Source: Planctomycetia bacterium
GTDB taxonomy: Bacteria; Planctomycetota; Planctomycetia; Pirellulales; PALSA-1355
Assembly (NCBI GenBank): GCA_041497975.1
Contig: JBGQHN010000001.1
Coordinates: 3,888 to 67,887 of the forward strand
Direction: 5' to 3'
DNA: 64,000 nucleotides
The notes beneath the pieces are model-generated. The model did not search any database. It saw only the letters and a program-made list of their open reading frames with translations, and had not been told where the DNA came from. The position numbers were made by a program, and so were the translations under genes. Below, piece by piece: positions 46,999-55,755 of the stretch; the first letter of the stretch is position 1, and every line of letters begins with the position of its first letter.

Positions 46999-47819
46999 TC
47001 AGTATCCCCTTGTTCCACGGGCTGAGAGTCTTCCGTGGCAGTTTGCTCGAGATATTTTTGTTCCAGCCACTTGTTGAAGTCCTCCCGCGACTCGACCGTC
47101 AAGCGGCCTTTCATTTTGTAGTGGCCCCAGCCGCACAGTTCCGCGCAGACCAGGTCGTACACACCGGTGTCGGTCGCCCTGAACCAAACCGGTATCTTCA
47201 TGCCCGGCACGGCGTCCTGCTTGACGCGCATGTTGGGCAAAAAGAAGCTGTGCAAGACGTCGGCGCTCTTCAAGTCGATCAAGATCTCTTCATTCACCGG
47301 CAAGTGCAGATCGTTGACCACGAAGATGTCGTCGCTGTCTCCCAGCTTGCCTTGGGCCTTCAGGCCCGGATAGCGCAAACGCCATTCGAACTGCCGGGCG
47401 GTTACTTCGAGCGTCGGCGGCATGTCGTCGGCCGTTCCGAAGATGCCGTCGGGACCCGCTGCCGGATTGCGGATCTTCGAATCGGCCCAGGCGTTCATCT
47501 GATAAATGGCAATGAACAACAGCACGGCCGAGGGGATGATCGTCCACACGATTTCCAGGCTGTGGCTACCGTGCGTGAACTTTGCCGGCTTGACCTGGCC
47601 CTTGCCGTCGTAGCGCCACAGAAACCAGAACAATACCATTTCGGTAACGACGAATACGGCGCCGGTCAGCCACAAGATGAAATAAAACAGGTGATCGATC
47701 GTGTGACCGTGCTGCGAGATATCCGTTGGCAGCCAGTGCTTGTACCACGGCGCAACGACAAACGAGGCCACGCCCAGGACGGGTACCAGCAAAAACACCA
47801 CGCTCCAAAACTTCCCCAC
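46995..47819 (-). CDS. ctaC: Cytochrome c oxidase subunit II
   Basis: Two N-terminal TM helices and the CuA motif HSFFLP...CAELCGWGHYKM. GTG start. Confidence 0.92.
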   Translation of the reverse strand: MGKFWSVVFLLVPVLGVASFVVAPWYKHWLPTDISQHGHTIDHLFYFILWLTGAVFVVTEMVLFWFLWRYDGKGQVKPAKFTHGSHSLEIVWTIIPSAVLLFIAIYQMNAWADSKIRNPAAGPDGIFGTADDMPPTLEVTARQFEWRLRYPGLKAQGKLGDSDDIFVVNDLHLPVNEEILIDLKSADVLHSFFLPNMRVKQDAVPGMKIPVWFRATDTGVYDLVCAELCGWGHYKMKGRLTVESREDFNKWLEQKYLEQTATEDSQPVEQGDTE

Positions 47820-47955
47820 GGCTATTCTCCCGGCTCCCGCAATTTTTCCCGGCGGCGCTGTTGGGTCTTCATGGATGATTTCCGACGGTCGGCAACGCGC
47901 CGGTCAACCGTCGCGCTGAACCGACGAAACGAACTCGCTTCGCAGTAGCCTGTGT

Positions 47956-49209
47956 CTAAAAATTCTTGGCCTGGCTGACTCGCAACTGCTCCTGGCGCCG
48001 CGGCTCGCTGATCGGCTCGTACGGCAGTGACAGGACGTAATCCACCAGGTTCCAAATCTCTTCGTTTTTCAGCGTGCCTTGGGCACCCGGGGTGGCCGGG
48101 CCAACGCCGGGCATCGGCACGCCATTGATTCCCGCGTACATGCGACGATAGATGTCCAAAGGCCGGCGACCGCCGCGATAGATGCCTTGCCGCAAATTGC
48201 GCGGAATGGCGTTGCGCGGAGGCAGCGCGTCGGTCTGCAAGACCGAATGGGCGAAAGCGATTTGAGCTTCCGCCTGACTTCGATCGGCGCTCGACATCTC
48301 GCTGTTCTCGTTGATCGACTTTTGCTGGTCTTCGAGCCGCTTCGCCATCTCGACCAACGGCTTTGTCCAGTCGTCATAATCGTTCGTCTGGCCGTCACCC
48401 AGCGCGCTGGGTCCGTGGCATTTCACGCAATTGGCCGCCGTGCCGTAGAATAATTCGCGCCCCTTGGCGACCGACGCGGCCACGTCGGCGATCGATCGCT
48501 TTTCGGGTTGCACGATTTTTTCGGAGGCCGTGCGCCAATTCTCGGCAATCGGCTTGACGATTTCGTCGACCAGCACGGCCCGCGTGGTTTCAAGTCGTTC
48601 GCCTTCGCCCAAGGCCGTCAGCGCGTTGATCAGATCGATTTCCGTCTGGCCTCGCATGCTGAGATACTTCACGTACTCGACAAGCGCGTTGATTTGAGCG
48701 TCGGGCAACAGATCGAATGAGGGCATCGCGGTGCCGGGAACGCCGTGCCTGACCACCATCTCCAGGTCGTACTCGGTCGGCTTGGCGGCGCGTTCGGTCG
48801 ACTTGAACTTGAACTTGCCCTGCCGGTAATCGCGCGGATAGGGATTGAGCACCATCGCCGTCGGACCCTGACCGTCGCCGGTCGTGCCGTGACAATGGCC
48901 GCAATGGCGGCGGTAGAGCCCGGTCTCACGGCCGAACTGATCGCTGCGCACCGGGCCGGCCGCGACTTGCAGTTTCTTCAAGTCCAAGCTGGTGTCGCTC
49001 AGCACGAAGGGCTCGTCGGGCGTGCCGTACAAGGCCTCGAGAACGTTGGCCAGCTCTTGCCGCTGGTCGGGCGGAATCTGCGCGTCGGCAATCGCCACCA
49101 TGTTGAGATGGAATTGCGGCGAGTCGCTCTTGGAGCAGCCCGTGGCCAGTAGGGCCAACAGCGCAAGGCCGGGAAAAAACCGCGAATGGCCCAACAGAGT
49201 CTTTTTCAT
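47956..49209 (-). CDS. Dihaem c-type cytochrome lipoprotein
   Basis: ATG 49209 gives MKKTLLGHSRFFPGLALLALLATGCS (lipobox). Two CxxCH motifs are present (CGHCH, CVKCH). Confidence 0.8.
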   Translation of the reverse strand: MKKTLLGHSRFFPGLALLALLATGCSKSDSPQFHLNMVAIADAQIPPDQRQELANVLEALYGTPDEPFVLSDTSLDLKKLQVAAGPVRSDQFGRETGLYRRHCGHCHGTTGDGQGPTAMVLNPYPRDYRQGKFKFKSTERAAKPTEYDLEMVVRHGVPGTAMPSFDLLPDAQINALVEYVKYLSMRGQTEIDLINALTALGEGERLETTRAVLVDEIVKPIAENWRTASEKIVQPEKRSIADVAASVAKGRELFYGTAANCVKCHGPSALGDGQTNDYDDWTKPLVEMAKRLEDQQKSINENSEMSSADRSQAEAQIAFAHSVLQTDALPPRNAIPRNLRQGIYRGGRRPLDIYRRMYAGINGVPMPGVGPATPGAQGTLKNEEIWNLVDYVLSLPYEPISEPRRQEQLRVSQAKNF

Positions 49210-49327
49210 GAGTAACACTCGGCGTTCGAGCCGACGGCAAATGACACGTTTCGAAACTACGGTGATTGATCGAGCTTCCGAGCCCGCGGCTCGCTGCGGC
49301 CGGCTCGCCCACTGCGCGTCTGCAGGT

Positions 49328-50242
49328 CTATCTGAGCGCTCCAGCTGGCACTTCCAAAGCCAGGTCCATCGTTTGGTCGGGCTCAAGCTTTACTTTGAAA
49401 CGTCCCTTTGGGGACCATTTGAGTTCCTTTTTCGGTAGAACAACGGCGCCGTTGGGGCCGGCCCCGCGCTCGTGCCAGACTTGGATTTCGACCTCCTCGC
49501 CGGCCGGCAGATTAGCGAGCTCGAACGAACCATCGGCTTTCGTCACCGCAAAGTACTTGTCCTTCCGCGGCAGCAAGTAGGCCTTCATCCACGGATGAAT
49601 ACTGCACGAAACCGGCGCCGGCAGGGCTTCTTCCTTGGTGGGGATGTACAGCAGCGATTGACCGACGGGCAAGTTCTGGTTGAAGGCGGCGCCCTTGGCC
49701 GGATCGATTTTCGTGTTGTGGCCGACCGGGTCGCTGTTCTTCACGTTGACCCCACGATTGACCTGGCAGGCCGCGACGTGCGTCAGGAACATGCAGCCTT
49801 TTTGATCGAAGTCGAGCGGTTCCACCTTGCTATCCTTGTCGAGCGGCTGCGCCGATTCATGCACGCGCTTGACGCGCGGCGCGTAGACGACAATGTTGGA
49901 AATGCCTCCGTCGGAGCCGATCACCAGCGAGTTGTCGACGATCCCCTGCCCTTTCCCGCAGACCTCGGTGTCTTTGTCCACATTCAGCTTGCCAGGCGTG
50001 GGCGGCGTGCCGACGAATTTGAACGTGCCGCGCAGCGTGCCCCAGCCCGTACCGGTGGCTGCGACGTCGGCGCTCGTTTCACTACTCGCCTCCGCGCCGC
50101 TGGCCTTGAGCTTTTCCCGAATGTCGAGCGCCACTTGCTTGTCCGCGCGCGGTCCGGCCGTGGCCGGCCGGCCACAACCCGCCAGCGCTACTGCGGCGAC
50201 GGGGCCGACAATTGCCAAAAAAACCACAAACTTCGTGTGCAT
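49328..50242 (-). CDS. Cupredoxin-like (type-1 copper) lipoprotein with C-terminal carboxypeptidase-regulatory-like beta domain
   Basis: ATG 50242 gives a lipobox (VAAVALAGCG). Putative T1Cu ligands are SDPVGHNTKI (His) and CSIHPWM (Cys-x2-His-x2-Met, as in amicyanin). This is followed by ADGSFELANLPAGEEVEIQVWHE. It is a paralogue of 50283-51050. Confidence 0.7.
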   Translation of the reverse strand: MHTKFVVFLAIVGPVAAVALAGCGRPATAGPRADKQVALDIREKLKASGAEASSETSADVAATGTGWGTLRGTFKFVGTPPTPGKLNVDKDTEVCGKGQGIVDNSLVIGSDGGISNIVVYAPRVKRVHESAQPLDKDSKVEPLDFDQKGCMFLTHVAACQVNRGVNVKNSDPVGHNTKIDPAKGAAFNQNLPVGQSLLYIPTKEEALPAPVSCSIHPWMKAYLLPRKDKYFAVTKADGSFELANLPAGEEVEIQVWHERGAGPNGAVVLPKKELKWSPKGRFKVKLEPDQTMDLALEVPAGALR

Positions 50243-50282
50243 ACGTTGTATTCCTTCGGCCGACCCGTCAGGCGTCAAACGG

Positions 50283-51050
50283 CTACTTGAAAATCGAGCC
50301 GCTGACCTTGATGTCGCCAAGGTTGTTTTCCCCAGGTTTGATTTTGTACTTGAAATTGCCCTTGGAGTCGGACGTGCCGCCCTTGAAGCCGGCGTTTCTC
50401 AAGTAGCCTGCTTTTTCGTGCCACAGTCCGAATTCGAGTTCTTTACCAGCCGGCAAATCCTTGATGGTGAAGGTACCGGTCTTGTCCGAGACGGCAGCGT
50501 AAGGATCGGTGCGAACGATCAACCACGCGCCCATCCAGGTGTGGATATTGCAGCCCACCTTGACCGGCCGGACTTCCGGCTTGGCGAATTTATGTTTGAG
50601 CGGATCGGCCCCGGCCGCCAGGATCGGATTGATTCCATCGTTGCTGATCGAAGCGATGTTGGTGTTGTGGCCCGTGGGGTCTGAGTTCTTCAACAACAGG
50701 GTTTGCGACGTGCGCACGACGAGTACATGCGGCTCGAAGTGGCAATTCTTGTTGTCCAGTTCCACGTTGTCCTTGGCGCTCGATTCATACGCGGGATTGA
50801 CCGGCACGTTCTTGGATTTGAGTATGATGACCGCATTGGCCAGCCCGCCTTTGGCATCGACCAACAGGTCTTCATCCGTAAGCTTGACCTTGCACATTGG
50901 ATCCTTCGAGGTATCGATCGGCGCGGGCGTTGGCGCCTTGCCGTCGTAGACGAACCGGCCAGTCAGGGTGCCCCAATCGGCGGCCAGGGCGCCAGTGGCC
51001 AGCAACACCGTCAGGGCGAACGACGCGCCCGCTATCATAGATTTGCACAT
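50283..51050 (-). CDS. Cupredoxin-like (type-1 copper) exported protein with C-terminal carboxypeptidase-regulatory-like beta domain
   Basis: Signal peptide. FEPHVLVVRTSQTLLLKNSDPTGHNTNI (a cupredoxin strand with the HN ligand) and CNIHTWM (C-x2-H-x2-M), then KTGTFTIKDLPAGKELEFGLWHE. Confidence 0.7.
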   Translation of the reverse strand: MCKSMIAGASFALTVLLATGALAADWGTLTGRFVYDGKAPTPAPIDTSKDPMCKVKLTDEDLLVDAKGGLANAVIILKSKNVPVNPAYESSAKDNVELDNKNCHFEPHVLVVRTSQTLLLKNSDPTGHNTNIASISNDGINPILAAGADPLKHKFAKPEVRPVKVGCNIHTWMGAWLIVRTDPYAAVSDKTGTFTIKDLPAGKELEFGLWHEKAGYLRNAGFKGGTSDSKGNFKYKIKPGENNLGDIKVSGSIFK

Positions 51051-51051
51051 A

Positions 51052-51282
51052 TTATTTTTGGTCTCCTTGCTCGGCCGAAGGCGTTCCGCCGCCGGAGGTC
51101 GAGTCGGTAGAAGCGGCCGCGGGGTCCTTGGGGCCGGATTCGGTGCCTAAATCCACGGTGGGAGCAGTGGCGTTTTGTGAGGCTCCTGAGGGAGGCGGCG
51201 CGGGCTTGCCGCAGCCGGCCGTCGGTAGCACGGCCGCCAACAGCAACAAGGCATTATAAAACGCGCGTCGTGCATTGACCAT
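51052..51282 (-). CDS. Small lipoprotein, low-complexity (76 aa)
   Basis: ATG 51282 is preceded by GGAGAGG. Lipobox LLAAVLPTAGCG followed by a Pro/Ser/Gly-rich tail. It is tightly packed between the octahaem stop and the cupredoxin start. Confidence 0.45.
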   Translation of the reverse strand: MVNARRAFYNALLLLAAVLPTAGCGKPAPPPSGASQNATAPTVDLGTESGPKDPAAASTDSTSGGGTPSAEQGDQK

Positions 51283-51297
51283 CGTTGACCTCTCCGA

Positions 51298-54200
51298 TTA
51301 CTGGGCCGCGTCTTGGCGCTGCGCGCCGGCAGACGCATTTTCAGCCGCCTCAGGTACTTTGATCAGTGGCGTGATCGACGTCTTACTTTCCATGAACCGA
51401 TCGTAGTTTAACATCAGGTCGACCAGCGCATTGAGCTGGTCGTCGCTGCTGCCCTTGAAAAGCGACTGGCTGATCGGCTTGTCGGGCGGCACGTTGGCTT
51501 GCATCCTCGTGTACGGCAAAAGCCGCTTGGGGTTGGCCATCCACGGCAGCAGGAACTCGGGCCGCAGGCGATTGTAGACCTGGTCCAAGCGCGGCGCATT
51601 GTTCCGCTCGCTGCCTTTGGGAGTGTAGTCGCCGACCAGGTGGCACTTGATGCATTCCGTTTGGGTGACAATCTTCAGCGCGTCGCCCAAGCGGTCGGGA
51701 TGGCTCGCGTCTTGTGCCGCCAGATACGATTCTCGCGTCCGTGAATCGAAGTTGTAGGGATAGTCTGCGCGGTCCACCGCGGCGAAGTAGTTGGCCAATT
51801 TGCTGGCCTCATCCGACGACATGTTGAATTTCGGCATGCGCAATACCGCCGCCGGGCGAATCATGTGCGGGTCCAGCAAGAAATCGTGCAGCCAGTTGCT
51901 TTGAACCTTGCGCCCCTCGCCCGCCAGCGGCGGCGGCAACCAGCCCCAGGCTTCGTCCGGGTTCTGGTTCGGGTTGATTTTCAATTCCTCGGCCACGACG
52001 ACCGGGTGCGCCAGTCGGGCCAGAAGGCCGCCCAGCGGCGGATAGCGCTTCGCGATGCTCGACTCGGGAATCAGAATCTTCTGCAAACCGGCTTGCCAGG
52101 CTTCGCCGTTGAGGAGCACGTTTTCCCAGGGCATGAAAAAGTAATAGGCCTTGGTCCGCGGATCGTCCGGCCCCAGCGGAGTGCCCTCTTCGTCGTGGGG
52201 TATCGGATTGCCTTCGGCGTCGGCGACCGGCATGCCGATCAGCGTCGCGTGCCGCAGCCCGCGCGTGTCGGTCTCCAGCGAGGCTTTTACCTGCTGCGGA
52301 CTGAATTGCGGCTCCAGGAATTCGTAATCTTTCACGATCTCGGGCTTTTCGAAATCGGCCGCCTGATAAGCCAATTCCCAGCGATCGAGCTCGAGCGTGT
52401 GACAGCCTGTGCAATTGAACTTCTCGATGACTTGCATCCCGTCGACGATTGCCGCGCGGCGCGGATCGGCGTGATACACGTATTGCAGCGCCGGCGGCTC
52501 GGCGACCAGGCCCAACACAAACGTGATAATCGCTTCGCGCTGGGCATCGTCCAGGGCCGTGAACTGCGGCATGCGCAGTCGTTCGTTGTATCCCTTGTTT
52601 TGAGTCTTCTTATAGTCGTAGCTGCGCGGCTCGCGAAGCTTTTGCCAGATGAAACCCTCGCGCTGGTGACCGAAAAGCTTCTCCATGAAGTAGCCCACGT
52701 CGGACGGCAGGTTGAGGAAGTCCACGTGGGTATGCCCATAGGCCCCTTCGTCAGCTTCTTCGATCCTCTGGTCGGTGACGTCTTTCGCTGGTGGGCCATC
52801 ACTGTGCACCAACGGCCCGGGAGCGCCGTGCGCATGCTTGATGTACTCGACGATTTGCTCGAAGGCCAGCTTGTCGGGAGTCTTGCGGGCCCAATCGGCC
52901 AGCCCCGTGCCGATCGGTTTGACGTCCTCGAATCCCGGAATGTCATGACAGCCCGAGCAACCGTACTTGTTAATCGTGCGGCGGCCGACGTAGCTCAGCT
53001 TCTTTTCGGTCGACATTGCGCCGACGAGCTCGACTTCGTCTCCCTTCAGCTCGCTGCGACGGCTCTCGGGAATGCCGTTTTTGAGATAGATTTCGGCTTG
53101 CCGGGTCGAGTTCAAGGCCATCTTGAGATGATCCAGGGCCAAGGCCTGCAGGGCTTGTTCTTGATCGTCGCTCAGTTGGCGCGACGGCACGTCCGTGGGC
53201 TTCCAATCCTGCCGCGAATCCAGCAAGAACGCCGTGATGTCAGCCGCAGGGTCCGACCGTTTGCCGTCGCTGTCCGTGACCGGATCGAGCAGCATGTTTG
53301 GCATCAGCGTCCGCGCGTGGTACTGGCTCGGATTGCGCAGCCACGTGTAGAGCCATTTCTTCCCTTCGGCTTTCAGCGACAGCTTTGCGCCGATGCGGGA
53401 CAGGTTGGGGCCTTGCGTCATATTGCCGGCGGGGAAATCGCTGTGCTGATGACAAGCCAGGCAGCGCACCTCAAACGCCTTCTTGCCTCGCTCGGCCGAG
53501 GCCTCGACGGTTACGGATTGTGGCGGGGTGGCGTATTTGAACGGCTGGCTCTTGGCCAGCAGATACTCGACGATGCCGCGGATTTCGATCGGTTCGAAAC
53601 GCAGAGACGCTTTCAAGCCCTGGCCGTCCAGATGACCCGTCTGCCCGAAGGATTGCGGCATCTTCGTGCTGGGACGAAAATCACTCGGCTTGCGGACCCA
53701 GGAGTACAGAAACTCGAAACCGACCTTGCTGGCGACGTGGCGCAGGCTGGGTCCCACTTTGCGCAACTGGCCCGGCGTTTCAACGTCGTCCAAGAGCGCG
53801 ACAAGCTTCTTGGTTACATTGGCGTCTTCTCCGGGCAACTTATCGCCATTTTTTAGCGATTCGGCCAGCGAATGGCGCGCCGAGCTGTTGGAAGGTTCGC
53901 GCGCCAAGTCGCTCGCCCAAGTCTGTTGTCGTTCGTTCAGGCCGCTCCCGGCCAAGAGAGCCTGGGCCGCGGCCGAGTAATTCGGCTCGGTGCGCAGATC
54001 GGGTCCAATGCGTCGATTCGGGCCGTCATAGCCATTGATTTCATGGCAACCAAAGCAGCCGAATTGCTGAATCAAGCGGAAGCCTTCGATCAGCTTGGGT
54101 GCCGGCGGATCGGGAAATCGCGGGCTGGGCTCCAGCTCCGTCACGTCGTGATGGCACTTCAAGCACAAGCTTTCGGCGAAGCGCTTGGGATACATCGGGA

Positions 54201-55713
54201 AGATCCAATGATGGTTGTCAAACCAACCATGCTCGTGCTTCCACTTGTCGGCCTGGAACGGATCGTTTGGCGCGTGCGACGCCCACTTGAACGCGGTGGC
54301 GCTGCCCTGCCCGTCGTGGCAAATCGTGCACCCGATGTCGAGCAGCTTGTGAGGGCTCAACGATCCGACGAACAGGTCGAGCCGCGGATGACTGGCATAG
54401 GGATTGGGCAGACCACGGCGAACGGTGATCTCGAGCGGTTGACCCCATTCGACGCTTTCGAGCAGATAATTGTAGACGGCGCGCTTATCCAGGACCTTGG
54501 CATCGTTAACGCTCTCGATAACGTCGCCGACTTCGAGCCGCGCCTTGGCCGCCGGCGCCTGGGGACGCACGACGCTCACGACCGCGTCGGCCGGATCGAG
54601 AAGTCCCTCGTTGGCCAATTGCAACCCGTAGGTTTCCTTGAGCAGCCGAACGTACAGTCGTTCCGTCGAGTCATCGTCGGAACTTCTCTCCGCCAGGTCC
54701 GGCGGAGCCGTGGCCGGCGTGTCCATGGTCAACACCAGGCTGTGCTGCCGCTCGTAGCCGGGCGCCGTGGCCGAACCGGGCGCCGTTTTGTCAATCGCCA
54801 GATGGCAATTCGTGCAGCGGTCGAAGCGGGCCACGTCACGGAAGTTGTAGTTGATCGTCAGCTTGGGCAGCCAGATCTGATCGATCTTCTTGGGCGAGAA
54901 GGCGTCGATGATCGGCAGCGCGATGATCTCCTTCATCGCGTGATCTTGCCGCTCGTAGAGTTGCTTCTCGAGCTGGCCCACCGTGCCGGTCAATTCATCG
55001 AGTTGTTTCTTTTTTTCGTCCTCATCGGCCGTGATCCGCGCTACGATCGATTCCAACCGCTTGCGATGCTCCGTGGCGTCTTGCAGTTTGAGCGTCGCCT
55101 GCTGGACTTCTTTGATGATGTCGGTGACGCGCTCTTGCATGGCGTCCAGGGTGGACTTGGGCAACTCCCTGCCGACTCCCAATTCGTATTCACTGCGAGC
55201 GACGTCCAAATCGGCGTTGCGAAACTTTTTCGTAGATGCCAGCCCGTCCTCGCGAAATCTGGCTTGCCGGGAGAACGACAACAGGTTCCGGAGAAACTCG
55301 TCGCGCAAGGCCGGCAAGGCCGGTCTGTCGGCTTCATCGGGGTCTTTTAGTTTCTTGTACGTCGCGTCGATGGTCTCGAAGTTGGCGGTTTTTTTGTTCT
55401 TTTCGGCGTCTTGCGCGACGGTGTCGACAAACTGATCGACCAGCGCGCCGTCGGGAACTTCGCTCCGCGCGGCTTGCCAGGCCCTGGTCGCCTCGTCCAG
55501 TTGCTGGCGATACTGGTCGCTCTCTTCCTGGCTGATGCGGGCCTGAGTCGTCCAGGCTTCAATCTTCTGAAACTTGCGCTGATAGTCCTTCCACTCTCGG
55601 CGGTGGTCGGCGGCGAGCATCCAGATCGTGGTAATCAGCATCGCCAACCCACTGATCCCGAAGATCACGTGCATCAGCCTTGAATCGCGCCAGGTTTGCT
55701 CTGTGGCAGGCAT
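51298..55713 (-). CDS. Giant membrane-anchored octahaem c-type cytochrome (1471 aa) with coiled-coil and PDZ-like segments
   Basis: Eight CxxCH motifs (CTNCH, CTICH, CLKCH, CFGCH, CLACH, CSGCH, CTGCH, CIKCH). N-terminal TM helix (VIFGISGLAMLITTIWML), ~250 aa of coiled-coil-like sequence, and a PDZ-like block AAKARLEVGDVIESVNDAKVLDKRAVYNYLLESVEWGQPLEITVRRG. It lies directly downstream of the Rieske/cytochrome b genes. Confidence 0.85.
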   Translation of the reverse strand: MPATEQTWRDSRLMHVIFGISGLAMLITTIWMLAADHRREWKDYQRKFQKIEAWTTQARISQEESDQYRQQLDEATRAWQAARSEVPDGALVDQFVDTVAQDAEKNKKTANFETIDATYKKLKDPDEADRPALPALRDEFLRNLLSFSRQARFREDGLASTKKFRNADLDVARSEYELGVGRELPKSTLDAMQERVTDIIKEVQQATLKLQDATEHRKRLESIVARITADEDEKKKQLDELTGTVGQLEKQLYERQDHAMKEIIALPIIDAFSPKKIDQIWLPKLTINYNFRDVARFDRCTNCHLAIDKTAPGSATAPGYERQHSLVLTMDTPATAPPDLAERSSDDDSTERLYVRLLKETYGLQLANEGLLDPADAVVSVVRPQAPAAKARLEVGDVIESVNDAKVLDKRAVYNYLLESVEWGQPLEITVRRGLPNPYASHPRLDLFVGSLSPHKLLDIGCTICHDGQGSATAFKWASHAPNDPFQADKWKHEHGWFDNHHWIFPMYPKRFAESLCLKCHHDVTELEPSPRFPDPPAPKLIEGFRLIQQFGCFGCHEINGYDGPNRRIGPDLRTEPNYSAAAQALLAGSGLNERQQTWASDLAREPSNSSARHSLAESLKNGDKLPGEDANVTKKLVALLDDVETPGQLRKVGPSLRHVASKVGFEFLYSWVRKPSDFRPSTKMPQSFGQTGHLDGQGLKASLRFEPIEIRGIVEYLLAKSQPFKYATPPQSVTVEASAERGKKAFEVRCLACHQHSDFPAGNMTQGPNLSRIGAKLSLKAEGKKWLYTWLRNPSQYHARTLMPNMLLDPVTDSDGKRSDPAADITAFLLDSRQDWKPTDVPSRQLSDDQEQALQALALDHLKMALNSTRQAEIYLKNGIPESRRSELKGDEVELVGAMSTEKKLSYVGRRTINKYGCSGCHDIPGFEDVKPIGTGLADWARKTPDKLAFEQIVEYIKHAHGAPGPLVHSDGPPAKDVTDQRIEEADEGAYGHTHVDFLNLPSDVGYFMEKLFGHQREGFIWQKLREPRSYDYKKTQNKGYNERLRMPQFTALDDAQREAIITFVLGLVAEPPALQYVYHADPRRAAIVDGMQVIEKFNCTGCHTLELDRWELAYQAADFEKPEIVKDYEFLEPQFSPQQVKASLETDTRGLRHATLIGMPVADAEGNPIPHDEEGTPLGPDDPRTKAYYFFMPWENVLLNGEAWQAGLQKILIPESSIAKRYPPLGGLLARLAHPVVVAEELKINPNQNPDEAWGWLPPPLAGEGRKVQSNWLHDFLLDPHMIRPAAVLRMPKFNMSSDEASKLANYFAAVDRADYPYNFDSRTRESYLAAQDASHPDRLGDALKIVTQTECIKCHLVGDYTPKGSERNNAPRLDQVYNRLRPEFLLPWMANPKRLLPYTRMQANVPPDKPISQSLFKGSSDDQLNALVDLMLNYDRFMESKTSITPLIKVPEAAENASAGAQRQDAAQ

Positions 55714-55755
55714 AGTTCTCGCTCGCGCGCATCAGGAAGCGCGGAGTAGTGTGGC

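Noticed and set aside
51865-53856. 663-aa ORF on the plus strand (with a second one at 53872-55350)
   Set aside because: Both are antisense to the octahaem cytochrome gene, whose eight CxxCH motifs validate the minus-strand frame. These are shadow ORFs.
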